Below are positions 51,100-63,244 of a DNA stretch of 64,000 bases, piece after piece. The notes under the pieces are model-generated. The model was not told the DNA's origin. It did not search any database and worked only from the letters and a program-made list of their open reading frames with translations. This stretch comes from Carcharhinus amblyrhynchos. Lineage: Eukaryota. The stretch covers positions 20,398,001-20,462,000 of the forward strand of contig OZ336900.1 of the NCBI GenBank assembly GCA_965287045.1. The letters run 5' to 3'. The translations under genes were made by a program, and so were the position numbers. Numbering within the stretch: the stretch's first letter is position 1; each line of letters opens with the position of its first letter.

Positions 51100-52446
51100 G
51101 GACAGTCAAAAACACTTCTACACCTTTTAAAGTGCAGCTGTTGTAACTTGTAGAAACATGGCAGCTAATTTGTGCACAGGAAAATTCCAGTGATTTTTTT
51201 GGTGCACATTGTCGAAAGGTTAAATTCTAAAAAATATTTCCTAATATAGATTTCTGTGAATCAGAGGAAATTGTGTCACTTGCTAATTGAGAGGTGTAAG
51301 AATGGCCGGCACATTTTAGTGCAATGCACAACGGCTCCTCACAGATGACATTCACTTCACACAATTTAAATAAAACAACGCAATAATACCAGAATAATTT
51401 TAACTGCTCTCGGCAGCTGATGTAAATCAGCTGACACTTGAGAGAGAAAGAGCTGAGGAGGCAGTGAAGCTACACCCCAGTCTCAGCATGGCCCAGGTCT
51501 GACGTACATGACCCAGCCCTCTTCTCATTCAAAGCTCACATAGGTCTTCAAACTCTGAACAAAGCCTGATCAACAGCCCACTTAGACAAACTTTAGCAAT
51601 GTATTAATTTAAAATTCGCATCCTTGCCATCAAATCCCTACACAGTCTCACAATTCCCTATCTTGGTAACCTCCTCCAGCCCTACAGCCTTTCCACCCTG
51701 TCTCCATACTTTTCAGTTTCCTACACCTCATATCTTCAGCTGTCTAAGGTCTAATCCATGGAATTCTCTTTGCCCTTAAACCTCCATTTCTGAAAATCGA
51801 TTTCTTTGACCAAAATGATGGTCTCCTGTCATAGTAACTCATATGGATCGGTGGCAAGTATGGCTGACTGCACGCCTGTGAAGCCTCTTGGGACATTTTA
51901 CTGTGTTAAAGGCATTATATAAATACAAGCTATTATTTTAATAATACTGAGTAGATATACACTCAGCAGCTGCCCAGTCAAAACAATTACAAGGGAATTC
52001 CAAATATTGGTTGCAATTTGCTCTCCCTCTCTGATGAAGAGGCTGAATCTTGCTGGGGTGCAGCTCTACAACGTGGACATTATGGTGCCTCACCTCGGGC
52101 TTTTTTTTAAGTGTCAGCTGATTTACATCAGCTGCTGAGAGCAGTCATAATTATTCTGGGATTATTGTGTTGTTTTATTTAGACATGTGAAATGAATGTC
52201 ATCTGTGAGGAAGCCATTGTGTGTTGCAGTAAAATGTGCCGGCCATTCTTATACCTATCAATTAGCAAGTGACACAATTTCCTCTGATTCACAGAAATCT
52301 ATTTTAGGAAATTTTTTTAGAATTTAACCTTGCGACAGTGTGCAACAAAAAAAAACACCAAAATTTTCCTGTGCACAAATTAGCTGCCATGTTTCTTCAA
52401 ATTACAACAGCTGCATTTAAAAGGTGGGAAGTGTTTTTGAATGTCC
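51100..52446. repeat. inverted duplication, arms 51100-51463 and 52086-52446, ~620-bp spacer containing an L2 3' end
   Basis: arms are reverse complements over ~360 bp, with a 45-bp perfect core (51246-51290 / 52258-52302). Confidence 0.9.
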
Positions 52447-52514
52447 AAGGGATCTTCATACTGAAATAGTGGCATCACAGCCTAGCCTGATACAATCCTC
52501 TTTCACCACCAACA

Positions 52515-52734
52515 GATGTGGAGATGCCAGCATGGGACTGGGGTGGGCACAGTAAGAAGTCTCACAACACCAGGTTAAAGTCCAACAGGTTTATTTGGAA
52601 TCACGAGCTTTCAGGGCACTGCCCCTTCATCAGGTGAATGGAGTTCCTCTAACGAAGAAGCAGCACTCCAAAAGCTTGTGATTCCAAATAAATCTGCTGG
52701 ACTTTAACCTTGTGCTGTGAGGCTTCTTGCTGTG
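52515..52734. mobile_element. self-inverted Penelope-like mini-element
   Basis: tail plus inverted arms ending ...ctgtg; TSD accaccaacaga (52505-52516) / accatcaacaga (52735-52746). Confidence 0.85.
52601..52637 (-). ncRNA. minimal type I hammerhead ribozyme motif
   Basis: UCAC-CUGAUGA-AGGGGCAGUGCCCU-GAAA-GCUC-GUGA; core and helices intact. Confidence 0.72.
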
Positions 52735-54129
52735 ACCATCAACAGAGGGGCACTTTATGGCGGGAGCCACTGGATAGCGTTTCTAATCTAGAACACTGCA
52801 GCTTCCTACATGACAACAGTGACTATAACAAAAAAAAGATCTTTGGTTGTGAAGTGCATTGATCAAAATCTTGACAGCCCCTATATAAATGAGTCTTTTC
52901 TTCATCTGCCAGATTGCCTGAAACCAGCTAACTCAACACAGATCAGTTCCCAAGCTTCAGATCTTAGTACCACAACATGTAATTACAATCATTCTGACAA
53001 ACTCCCTTAAGTACCCTGATCAACGTTACATGTTCTATTACAGCTGGACTGTCATCCCGATAAGTACAGGGTCTGTGCTGAAGGGCTAGAGATTTGTGAA
53101 TGTTATTCTCAATCAAAAAGTAAGTCTCATATCGGAAATCAGAAGGTTGTCAATAAACATAAAATATCAGAAGCTGGAAATTTGACACAACAGAAAATGG
53201 TGGAAATATTCAGTCAGTCAGCATATGTGAGGAGAATGGAGGAGTTAATATTTCGGGAACCAATCCTTCCTCAAAGAGGGAGGATACATCAAAAATCAGA
53301 GCAAAGCAGAAGAAAGCTTGGTACAGACCAGAAAAAAAGAATAAACTATGAAGTGTCTGAGTTTAAAAAGGACCTAATTAAACTGGCAGAACTGATATTA
53401 GCATAAGACAGTAGGAGGCCTAATGTGAGAAATCAAAGAAATTAAAGACATTCATGAGCCACAGGAATTGTGAATAGTTCAAGCAGTGGGAAATGAGGCA
53501 GGTCGAAATGGAAGCCTTATCCCACCTACTGAGCTATTCACACAATCACTGTATCTGATATACAATATAAAATTTGTATCTCATGAATGCCTTCAATTTC
53601 TCATTATGAGTTTGACATTTAACCAACTCATGTTTTCCACTCCAGCACCCTACAGGTTACCCTGCTTCTTCTGTATGTGTGCGTGTGCCTATTTCCCCGC
53701 CTTGTTATACATTTTAAATGCCCTTCATCTTGCAGTATCTTCTGGCTCTGATGAAGGATCTATAAAGTAAATATTCATTTGTTTGCTCTCTCTACACATG
53801 CTGTTAACCAACTGAGTCTTCTTGTACTTTTTCATCTTGTTTAGAACATTACCAATGCTTATTTATTTTATAATTTCACCTTTTATCTTGTAGACTTGTA
53901 CTACTGGCATTTATAGGTAAGCTGTCTGATTACAGACAGACAGAGAATAAAATGCAGCCCTGGAGGTGAGCAGTGTCAATGTTGTCACCTACCTCTGCAG
54001 GGATAATGCTCTATATCTCAGGAGCTGATGCCACTGTCACTCAGCATGTATACCATCTGATTAAAACTATCAACACACTTACTGGAATTATTTTTCACCA
54101 AGTAAATGGATTATCCAGCAAAATAATGT

Positions 54130-55210
54130 ACTTATATTTTAAGAAGTGGTTGATAAAGGTCCACAATATAATTGGCAGCCAGCATGGGTTTGTTAAGGTC
54201 AAACTGTATTTGACTAACAGATTTAGGTACAAGTCATTTCAGATTGTTCTTTCTCCACAGAATTACTTTCGTCCTATCTTAACTCTTTTTTCCCTCATCT
54301 TGTCCAGGTTCTTCCCATTGACATCCGTGACCCTCTTCACATGCCCTCTGCCATTCTGGCAGTTTCCTGGTCCTAACAGTTTTCTTTATACCTTGGATGT
54401 CCAGTCACTCACTGTATATCTTATCCGACACTAGGGCACCTTGAGGGTTTCCAATGTCTTAAAATGAACAGAGTCGCAACATGTTCCACCAGCCTTTCGG
54501 TGCTGGAGGGTCTTTTCTTGGCTCTCCAGCTTTCACAGCCCACCTTCTTTGGGGAAAAACACTACCATGTGTCTGTTTCCCCACACAGCACAGGATTATG
54601 AAGCCCATTTGACCTCAATGTCTGGGTTAAAAGAGCAACATCATGCTCATTAACTCAGTCTCCTTCCCCACAGATCCTGTCAGACTTGCTGAATATTTCT
54701 AGCATTTTCTATTTTAATTTTGTAACTTGATCGAGTTCCTTGATGAATCAGTGGAGAAGTTTGATGAAGGTGAACTTTCAAAAGACTTTGGTTACCTGAT
54801 AACAGACTTGCTCACAAACTGAATAGTGCTAGCTGGACAGTGGCAGCATAGATCAAAATTGGCCAAGATACAGAAGACAAAGGTAGTAGCAAACAGTTGT
54901 TTTTCAGACTGGAGGGAAGCCTGCAGCTGTACCTCTAGGGGTCAGTGTTGGGCCCAATGATCTTTGGGATATACAGTAAACTAATGATTAGGATACAGAT
55001 AGCATAATTTCAATGTTTGCAGATAACTTAAAATTCAAAATGTAATAAGTAAGGAGGATAATATGGTTCAGGAGGATGTGGACAGATTGGTGAAAAGAAC
55101 AGATTCATGGTGGACCTCATTTAATGCAGAGAAGTGTGAAACGGTGCAACTTTAAAGGATGTGCAGGGACAGAGACAACAGGGACACTGTACTCAAACCT
55201 TTGAAGATGA
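54130..55210 (+). mobile_element. old CR1 RT fragment interrupted by another decayed element (~54215-54720)
   Basis: SQHGFVK, GSVLGP, FAD motifs. Confidence 0.65.
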
Positions 55211-55479
55211 CAGGCTTGCAAACTTACATTGATTCTCTGGGAGTAGGCAACGTTGCAAGACATTACCTATATAGTATTCCTCATTGCTATCATTGAAGAA
55301 ATATGTAAGTCATGCTGGTAGTGGCACTATCTGCCCCTAGCAATCAATGTAATTGACTTGAAGCAGAGCCACACAAATTGATTTTCTCCCCTCTACCACT
55401 TCAACACTGTAATAGAATGAGTGACTCTTCAAAAACATCAAGCTAGTGGTTTGAAACAGATGCATACAATTGTACCTGT

Positions 55480-55790
55480 AGAATCTGAGAATCCCTACAG
55501 TGCATAACAAGGCCATTTGGCTCATCAAGTTTGCACTGACAACAACCCCACCTAGGTCCTATTCCCATAACCCCACATATTTACCTTGCTAATCCCTCTA
55601 ACCTACGCATTCGGGGACACTAAGGGACAACTTAGCATGGCCAATGTCCCAAACCCTGTGGGAGGAAACCGGAGCACCTGGAGGAAACCCACACATACAT
55701 GGGGAGAATGTGCAAAATCCACACAGTGACCCAAGCTGGGAATCAAACTCAGATCCCTGAAGCTGTGAGGCAGCAGTGCTAACTACTGTG
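55480..55790 (-). mobile_element. HE1 SINE
   Basis: reverse-complement HE1 head, body and tail. Confidence 0.82.
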
Positions 55791-57834
55791 AATTTGAATT
55801 TCCAGTGACCAAAGGATCACATAACAAGATGTCATGTTTTAGGACTTTTAATGTAACAAACACACTAAAATCAAGACTGATGAACTGTTACACATTCAAA
55901 ATTAAACACAGTAATGATGTCCCCTTTAACTTTCTAACATAACCAAAATCTTCCACAGTACATTTGTACATGACATCCCAGTCTCTGCTGAATTGAAACC
56001 TTTACAGGAAGCAGTCCAAATTTACTCCCAATTTCCAACAGGGTTGTTTCTCCCTGTTTCCCTGTGCTACATCCAGGGCTAATCGAAAGTCATTTCCAAG
56101 TCTTTTCTCTCTCTTTGTCTAGGATCTCTGAATCAGACTGCCTGAGGTACCATGGGTGGTATTTAGTGGAGGAGATGGGGGTCTTGCCTGCCATGTGGAG
56201 AGCTGGCGTGAGACCCGCAATACTGTCTTTAGGGGAGGCCCAGCAAAGTAAGAGTCCCTGTCAGGCCTTCCCAGGTATCAAGGAACCTGGAGGATGCAAG
56301 TTCCACCCCCTGAGAGTTCCTGACTAGTTAAAGCTGGCAGCTTGCACTGTTTGGCTGACACATAAGGCCCAAGACCCAGGCCACATGTAAGCAATGGCAG
56401 AAGGGAGGGTTGCAGGGTGGAGGTCTAAGGAAGTTTGAGAGCAGCAGGATCAAGAGCAAGTGCAGGCTCTTGGGGGGGCCTTCCTTTACTGATGACAGAT
56501 CCTTCAATCAAGTACTGAATGCCTCTGAATGAGTGACACCTGCTGGAGCCAGCAAATAATCCTGTTAAGCACAGGTTTGCTCATCATTCTTCCTTCTAGG
56601 CAGGCATCACTGCACATACCACTGGTAGTGGAATGAGGCCCTCAAGTGTTCAGTGGGCCTTCCCACAATGGACTTAATTGGGGTGGAGGTGGAAGATGAC
56701 AGGATCCCCATCCACCACACTTTCACCCGATTAAATGCCCTCCTTCTATCAAACTCACATTAAATTTTGTGCTGTAAAACTGCACTAAGCCAAGTCAGCT
56801 CCTGCTGTCTTTGTGTTCAGATGTGGAAGCTAGCACTTGGGTTTCTACAGCTTTTGACCCAGGCCCCCCAATCCCCCAAACAGTTCACATTGACTTATCA
56901 CCAGGCTGAATTGGTAGGAAGTCACATGTTCCATTTTACCTTGAAGCAAAAATACTTTTTAAAACATTACCAGTTTAAAAAACCTTGCACTTGTAATAAT
57001 TAAGTGGCTAAAAATGTCACTATTGAGGTAATTGATCAAGTCGAATATACGGTTGATCCCAAATCAAGCAATGAGCAATTGTACATTTTCCAATTGTCAC
57101 TATTGCTGAATCTTGATAAGCTGTACAACTCAATAGCATCATCTGGTGGTTGAAATCAAGGGCTAAAACATCCAGGCTCTGAAAATGTTTTGAGTCCTGG
57201 GACCCTTTTATTTTCACCCTGTCCAAAATTGCAATTGCCCTCTTTTCCTGTTAAGTGGGCAGCATCCTGTTATCTAGTGAAGCACACATTTAGTAACTTT
57301 CTCAATTTAATCCTTCATCAGCCCCACCTTTCCTTTGACTCTCGCAAATTAGCGTAGGGTACATAAAATTAGAGATGAATAAAGACTGGTGTGGGAACAG
57401 CAGGTTTTGGATCATGAGGTACTGGCATCAGCACTGGGGAAAGCAGAGGTTGTACCATTGGGACGGTTGACATCTGAACTGTGCTGGAGGAGTGTTCTTG
57501 CAAACTGCATAACTATGGAAGTAGAGAGGGCTTTAAACCAAATAAATGGGGGCGGGAGCTGTGCATTTAATGCATTTAAGCCAAAAACATCTTTCTTTTC
57601 ATGAAAGATATCCAGATTTTTCCATTTTCTCCCCTTGTCTGTGTTCCAGATACGCTATTTTTAGATCTCTATTCACTCAGTGTGGCTCTCCACTGTATTA
57701 TGAATCTTGAAATTATTAACCTTTTCTTCTGTCTCATCTTAATCACTGTAATCTTTTGTCATCTATGCAGCTTCAGCTTTGGATGCCCCTCTTTTTTCCC
57801 CATAAGAATGCTTCCACTGGGTAGCTCATACATT

Positions 57835-58550
57835 GGACTGGATTTTAAGGACCCACCCCCAACTAGGTGTTTTCAGCTGTAAAATATGTTGGGTGGACAG
57901 CTGACCGTCTTCCTGTCCTCCCCAATCAGGTCCCCATAATACTGGGGATGGGGTAAGATGCTCACCAGCCCTTTGCCCTTAGGTTTGATAGCCCAATTGA
58001 GGGGTAATTAAGGGCCCAATTTACCTGCACTGTCATAATTCATTGGGCAACAGAAGGTGGGCCAGAGTGGGGAGGCAGCTTTCTTTTTACCAAGGTTGGT
58101 GAAAAGGCAAGAACAAAAGGGGGAAGGGAAGCTGGTATATCTTGGATACATTGGAGGCACACCCTGAAGATTGTACCCCCAGTACCTTGCTGCCTCGCTT
58201 CCAAACCCCATTCCCCGTCCCCCAACCCACCTCTGCCTCAGGTGCCTTGCCCCAAAGGCCCAGGGCTGACCTGAGTTTTGTCACCATTGATCTTCTTCCT
58301 GGGAATGTTGGCTGTCCCAGAAGTGCCTGCAGTGCTGCCAGGAATGCTGACCAATCAGATTGGATGACAGATCTTGAGGGTGGAACTTCTACCATTGAGG
58401 GGTAAAAATCTCATTTGCTGCTTGTTTAGACTGCTATGAGGCAGTCTCTTTTACAGTCAGCTGGTTTGCGACCCATAGCCCTAACGAAGGACTGGGGAGG
58501 GAGGGGGCTTCCCTCCCCAACCTACCTCCCCCTAGTGTAAAATTACTCCA
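57835..58550. mobile_element. decayed non-autonomous DNA transposon-like element; similar blocks at ~13380-14045, 34500-35270, 56150-56770
   Basis: imperfect ends ggactggatttta...taaaattactcc; shared ccaatcag and taattgggg motifs; no coding potential. Confidence 0.4.
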
Positions 58551-58939
58551 TCATTTCTTTGAAAGCTGCTCATTATTCAATGACTGTTACGCCTACAATT
58601 TTTGATTCAAATCCAATTGGACCAGATCCCTTTTCTAAACCACTGAAATTCGGCCCCCTATTGTATCTATCTTTACACTTGATTGTGCATATTTTAAGCC
58701 TGGTGGTATTAAAATCATTATGTGAAAGTTTTGGATGTGCTGAGTGCCAATTTGTGCTGAATATATGGACAGCATGCCAATTATCTGGGGATTGGAGATA
58801 AAAAGATTTGGGAACCATGTCAAGGAAGTGTCAGCATCCTGGAATCCTATCTTAGAGATGCTCCATCAAATGAACAGACTCTGATCTGGAAAATAAACAA
58901 GTTGAAAAAACAGAAATAAAAACTATTTAAAAATATTTA

Positions 58940-60800
58940 AGTCAGGATTTACTTAAAGTAGTGGAAAAGGACAAAGAACAATCCAGAGTTACAATAATTA
59001 ACTGGGGGAAAGCCAACTCCTATGGGTTAAAAACAAATCTGGGTCAAATTAATTGAAGGCAAAGGTTGGCAGGAAAAGTTGCAGCTGAGCTGCCTTCAAA
59101 GAGGAGGAGTTTCGGGCACAGTCAATGTATATTCCCTTCAAAGGCAAAGGTGGGGCGAACAATGCCACGGTCCCCAGGTGTTAAATGAGATAGAAAGTAA
59201 GACAAAAATAGAAAATAAAGGGAACCAGGCCGAATAAAGAGAAGTGAAAAATAAGAGAAATAAAGAGGGAGTATGAAAAGAGACTGGCAGCGAACCTAAA
59301 AGGAGTGTTATCAGCATATAAAAAGTAAAAGGAAGTTAAGAGGTGGTGGAGGCTGATTAGGATCCAAAAAAGGATTTATATGAGGAGGCAGAGGGCACAG
59401 CTGAAGTTTTAAATGAAAATTTTGTATCTGTCTTAACCAACAAAGGTGTTATCCAGACCATTGGGGAAGGGGGAACAATTCTGATGCCAGTAGGGTTTAA
59501 AATTGAAAAAGGAGAAGGTAGAGGATAGGCTGAATGAACTTAATATGGATGAAACACCAGGTCCAGGTGAGATGCATCCAAGGATACTGAGGGAAATGAG
59601 AGTGGACATTGTGTAGGCACTGGCCATAATTTTTCAGTCTTCCTTAAGCATGTTGATGGTTCCACAGGATTCAAGAATTGTACTTGTTACACCTCAGTTC
59701 AATGAAGAGAATAAAGGAAGCCCAGCAAATACAAGCCAGTTAGTTTAAAAAACATTCTAAAAGGGGTGCATGAGTAGAGGGACCTGGGTGTATAATGTGC
59801 ATGTGTGATTGAACATGGCAGGAAAGGTTGAGGGAGGGGTTAATAAAGCATACAGTATCCTAGGCTTTATTAGTAGTGGCACAAGAGTGCAAGAGCATGA
59901 CGTTATGTTAAACTTGCATGAGGAACTAGTTGGACCTCAGCTGCAGTATTGTGTCTAGTTCTGGGTGCTGCACTTTAGGAGGAATGTGAATTAATTACAG
60001 AGAGTGTAGAAAAGATTCATGAAAATGATCCCAGCAATGAGGAACTTCAAGTATGAAAGTAGATTGGTGAAGTTAGGGCTGTTTTCCTCACAGAAAAGGA
60101 GACTGAGGAGATTTGATAAAGGTATTTAAAATCATGAGGTGTTCAGGTAGAGTAGATAGGGAGAAACTGTTCCCATTCATGAAAGGATTGAGAATGAGAG
60201 AGTACAGACTTAAAATCATAGAATCCCTACAGTGCAGGAGGCCTTTTGGCCCATCGAATCTCCGACAGAGCATTTTATCCAGATCCTATCCCCATAACCC
60301 CATGTATTTATCCCACTAATCCCCCATAACCTACATATCTTAGGACGCTAAGGGACAATTTAGCATGACCAATCCACCTAACCTGCACATCTTTGAACTG
60401 CAGGAGGAAACCAGAGCAATCCCAAGCAGATGTGTGGGGAACATGTGACCACACAGTCACCCAAAGCTGGAATTTCACCCAGGTCCCTGGTGCAGCACGG
60501 CAACAGTGCTAACCACTGTTCCACCGTGTGTTGCTGCTGGTTTAAAATTATTGGTAAAAGACAGAAAAGGAACATGAGGAAAACTTTTTCACATAACAAC
60601 AGTTAACTGCTGGAACACAGTGCAAGAGTGTGGTGGAGGCAGTTTCAATTGAAGAATTCAAAAGGGGGTTAGCCATTCACCTAAAAAGGAAGAATGTGCA
60701 AGGTTATGGCGAGAAGGCGGGAGAATAGGCTAAATGAATTGCTCATTCAGAAAGCCAGTGTAGACACGATGGGCCAAAGAGCCTCTTGTATTGTAACGTT
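58940..60800 (+). mobile_element. long decayed CR1 with an HE1 SINE insertion (-, 60217-60528)
   Basis: PGPGEMHPRILRE, KVFKIM...VDREKLFP and CR1 3' UTR. Confidence 0.8.
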
Positions 60801-61804
60801 TCAGTGGAAAGGATGTTAAAACTGAAAAAACGATAAACAACGGTCCTGCCGTCAGCACAGTCAAACTTTAAACCTTCTGATTTTCCGGTTTAATTTTTAG
60901 TAAAAACAAAGAGCTTTGGGCAAATCTGCTCTCTTTTAGGTCAAAATTAAAACACACATTAATCGAAAACTTCAAGTTTAATTAGTAAAACTATTTTTGT
61001 AGGAAAAAACAAACAGCTCAAACTGTTCTTACAATGTGTGACATTAACAGTAGTTTCTGTGCAACAGTGACTATGTCCTCAATACCCCTCCTGTGAAATT
61101 TCATCAAGCCATCTGTATGGCATACGTGATTGATAGTATGCTCGGCATAGATAATGTGAGCCAATGCAGTGAGAAAATGAAACGCACCTTATACCAAACT
61201 GGGAAAAGGCATGTTGCACACTGGGACATGGTTGCTGGCTTTCCCATGTTTTATTAGGTTAACTGAATGGGTAATTACATGACAGAATCCTACACTGAAA
61301 TGATCTATTCACCTTACAGCATGTAAAGAACCATCTAATTGTTGTTATATTACTGAAGCCATGAGAAATTCTCCCTCATTATCATAAGGAAGATATTGTT
61401 AATATTTTACTGACCACTCTCCTGGAATGCAGCCCTACGCCCTTGAAGTCTCTCTCAGCCATCTGTTTTCAGCTTCCTGCCAGTTCACTGACAGAAATGT
61501 AGACGCTATTGCCAGAGATTTCTGACAAGGTTTCCTGTCTATAATGGACTCCTAGCAACTGAAAAAGCAAGACTGACCTGGATTCTCATTGTTTGTGAAG
61601 CATGTTCACTGGTGAAGTCAAGGGTTGTGCCGCGAACAGAGAAAGAATTGGAAACCGAGAAATACAGAAATAATTTAAAGAACAAAAACAACAGTAACAA
61701 AAGAACAACTTGCATTTATATAGCATCGTTACTGTAGTAAAACAGAGAAGTTGGAAGAGGGAGAATTTCAGAATTTAGGGCCTAGATTTAAGTTTATTTA
61801 TTAG

Positions 61805-62157
61805 TGTAAGAACTCCATGGATGCAAAAATCCCATCACCAAGTTATTTTGTTTACACCACACACAACCAGCTCTCCAGTTGCTCCCTGCTGAAGTGAAGG
61901 CTGGGAGTCTGATACACTTGCTTTAAATAGGGAGCATGAGGCTCTCTGATTTAACCGTCAGTTACGGCTTATCAGGTATCTCTTTTCAATACCAAACAAA
62001 CAAACTAACTCCAATTAACAAGGACTCATCAGGTATGTCTTTTCACACACAAGGACTCATCAGGTATCTTTTTTTGACACCAACCAAATAAACTAATTAA
62101 CTTAAGATGTTTATACTCTAGCAAGCCAATCTCATTAGCCTGGCTGAAGTCATCACA
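61805..62157. mobile_element. 353-bp TG...CA solo-LTR-like insertion inside a minus-strand V-SINE (61787-62432)
   Basis: TG/CA ends; near-TSD ATTAG/GTTAG; the SINE tail is split cleanly. Confidence 0.65.
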
Positions 62158-63244
62158 GTTAGTATCACAAGTAGACTTGCAGTGAAGTTATTGTAAAAAT
62201 CCCCTAGTCGCCACACTCTGCCACCTGTTCAGGTACACTGAGGGGAGAATTTAGCATAGACAACGCACCTAACCAGCACATCTTTTGGACTATGGGAAGA
62301 AATCAGAGGAAACCCACGCAGACACAGGGGGAACATGCAAACTTCACACAGACAGTAACCGAAGCTGGGAATTGAACCTGGCTTCCTGGCGCTGTGAGGC
62401 TGCAATGCTAACTACTGTGCCAACTTGCCGCCCATGCAGAGTTGTAGAATATACAGCAATGAAAATCGGAGAGTGCAAGAGGCCAGAGCGGGAGTAGAGC
62501 AGTATTGTCAGAGAGTTCCTGGGCTAGAACAGTTATAGAAATAACATGGAGATTAGGAATTTTTAAATTAAGGCATGGCCAGCTCAAGAAGCTAATATAG
62601 ATTCATGAGCACCGCCTAAATGGATAAAAAGAAAAAGAGCACAAAAAAACAGACATGATTAAACAATGGAGATAAAGACTGATAAAAAATTGCGTGAGTT
62701 GATAGAAGAATGGAAAAGAATAAACTCATTTTTAAAAATTCACTATTTTTTATACAGTTGATATGTTAAATCAAGACTCTGACTGCTTGTCTTAGGTGGA
62801 TATAAAAAAATCTTGTGGCAGCATTGGGAAAAAAAAGCAGGAGAATTCTCATCATCTCCTTCCTAACATTCCACCCTCACAAAAACAGATTATTTGGTCA
62901 TTCATTTCATTTTCTTGCTGTAAACATAATAGTTGCTGTATTTTCCAAAAGTAACTGTACTTCAATAGATTCACCCTGAAGTATTTACAGATATTATGTG
63001 CAAAAGGCATTTTATAAATGCACAACTTTTCTTTTGCATTAAAATAGTAATTTCAGATAAGATATAAACAAACAAGCATAAAAAGAAACTATAGATATGA
63101 CAGATAATGTGAAGATGAGAGGGTTACAGATAAAGCTGAAGTTATGAATATGGTAAAATTCATAGATTCAATTCAAAAACTGGCCTCTTAAGAAAGTAGT
63201 TGCTTAGAATGTTTAGGGTAAACTGCTGGGCGAAAGGATGTGTT

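Noticed and set aside
53745-53850. Additional hammerhead (ctgatgaagg...)
   Set aside because: Helix II and GAAA are degraded; only a relic of an older Penelope-like end.
53920-53970. Minus-strand SRAAFYSLSV resembling SHLD2 WRTAAFWALTV (missing upstream exon)
   Set aside because: Very short match, stop codon a few residues later, no suitable donor and no long ORF upstream.
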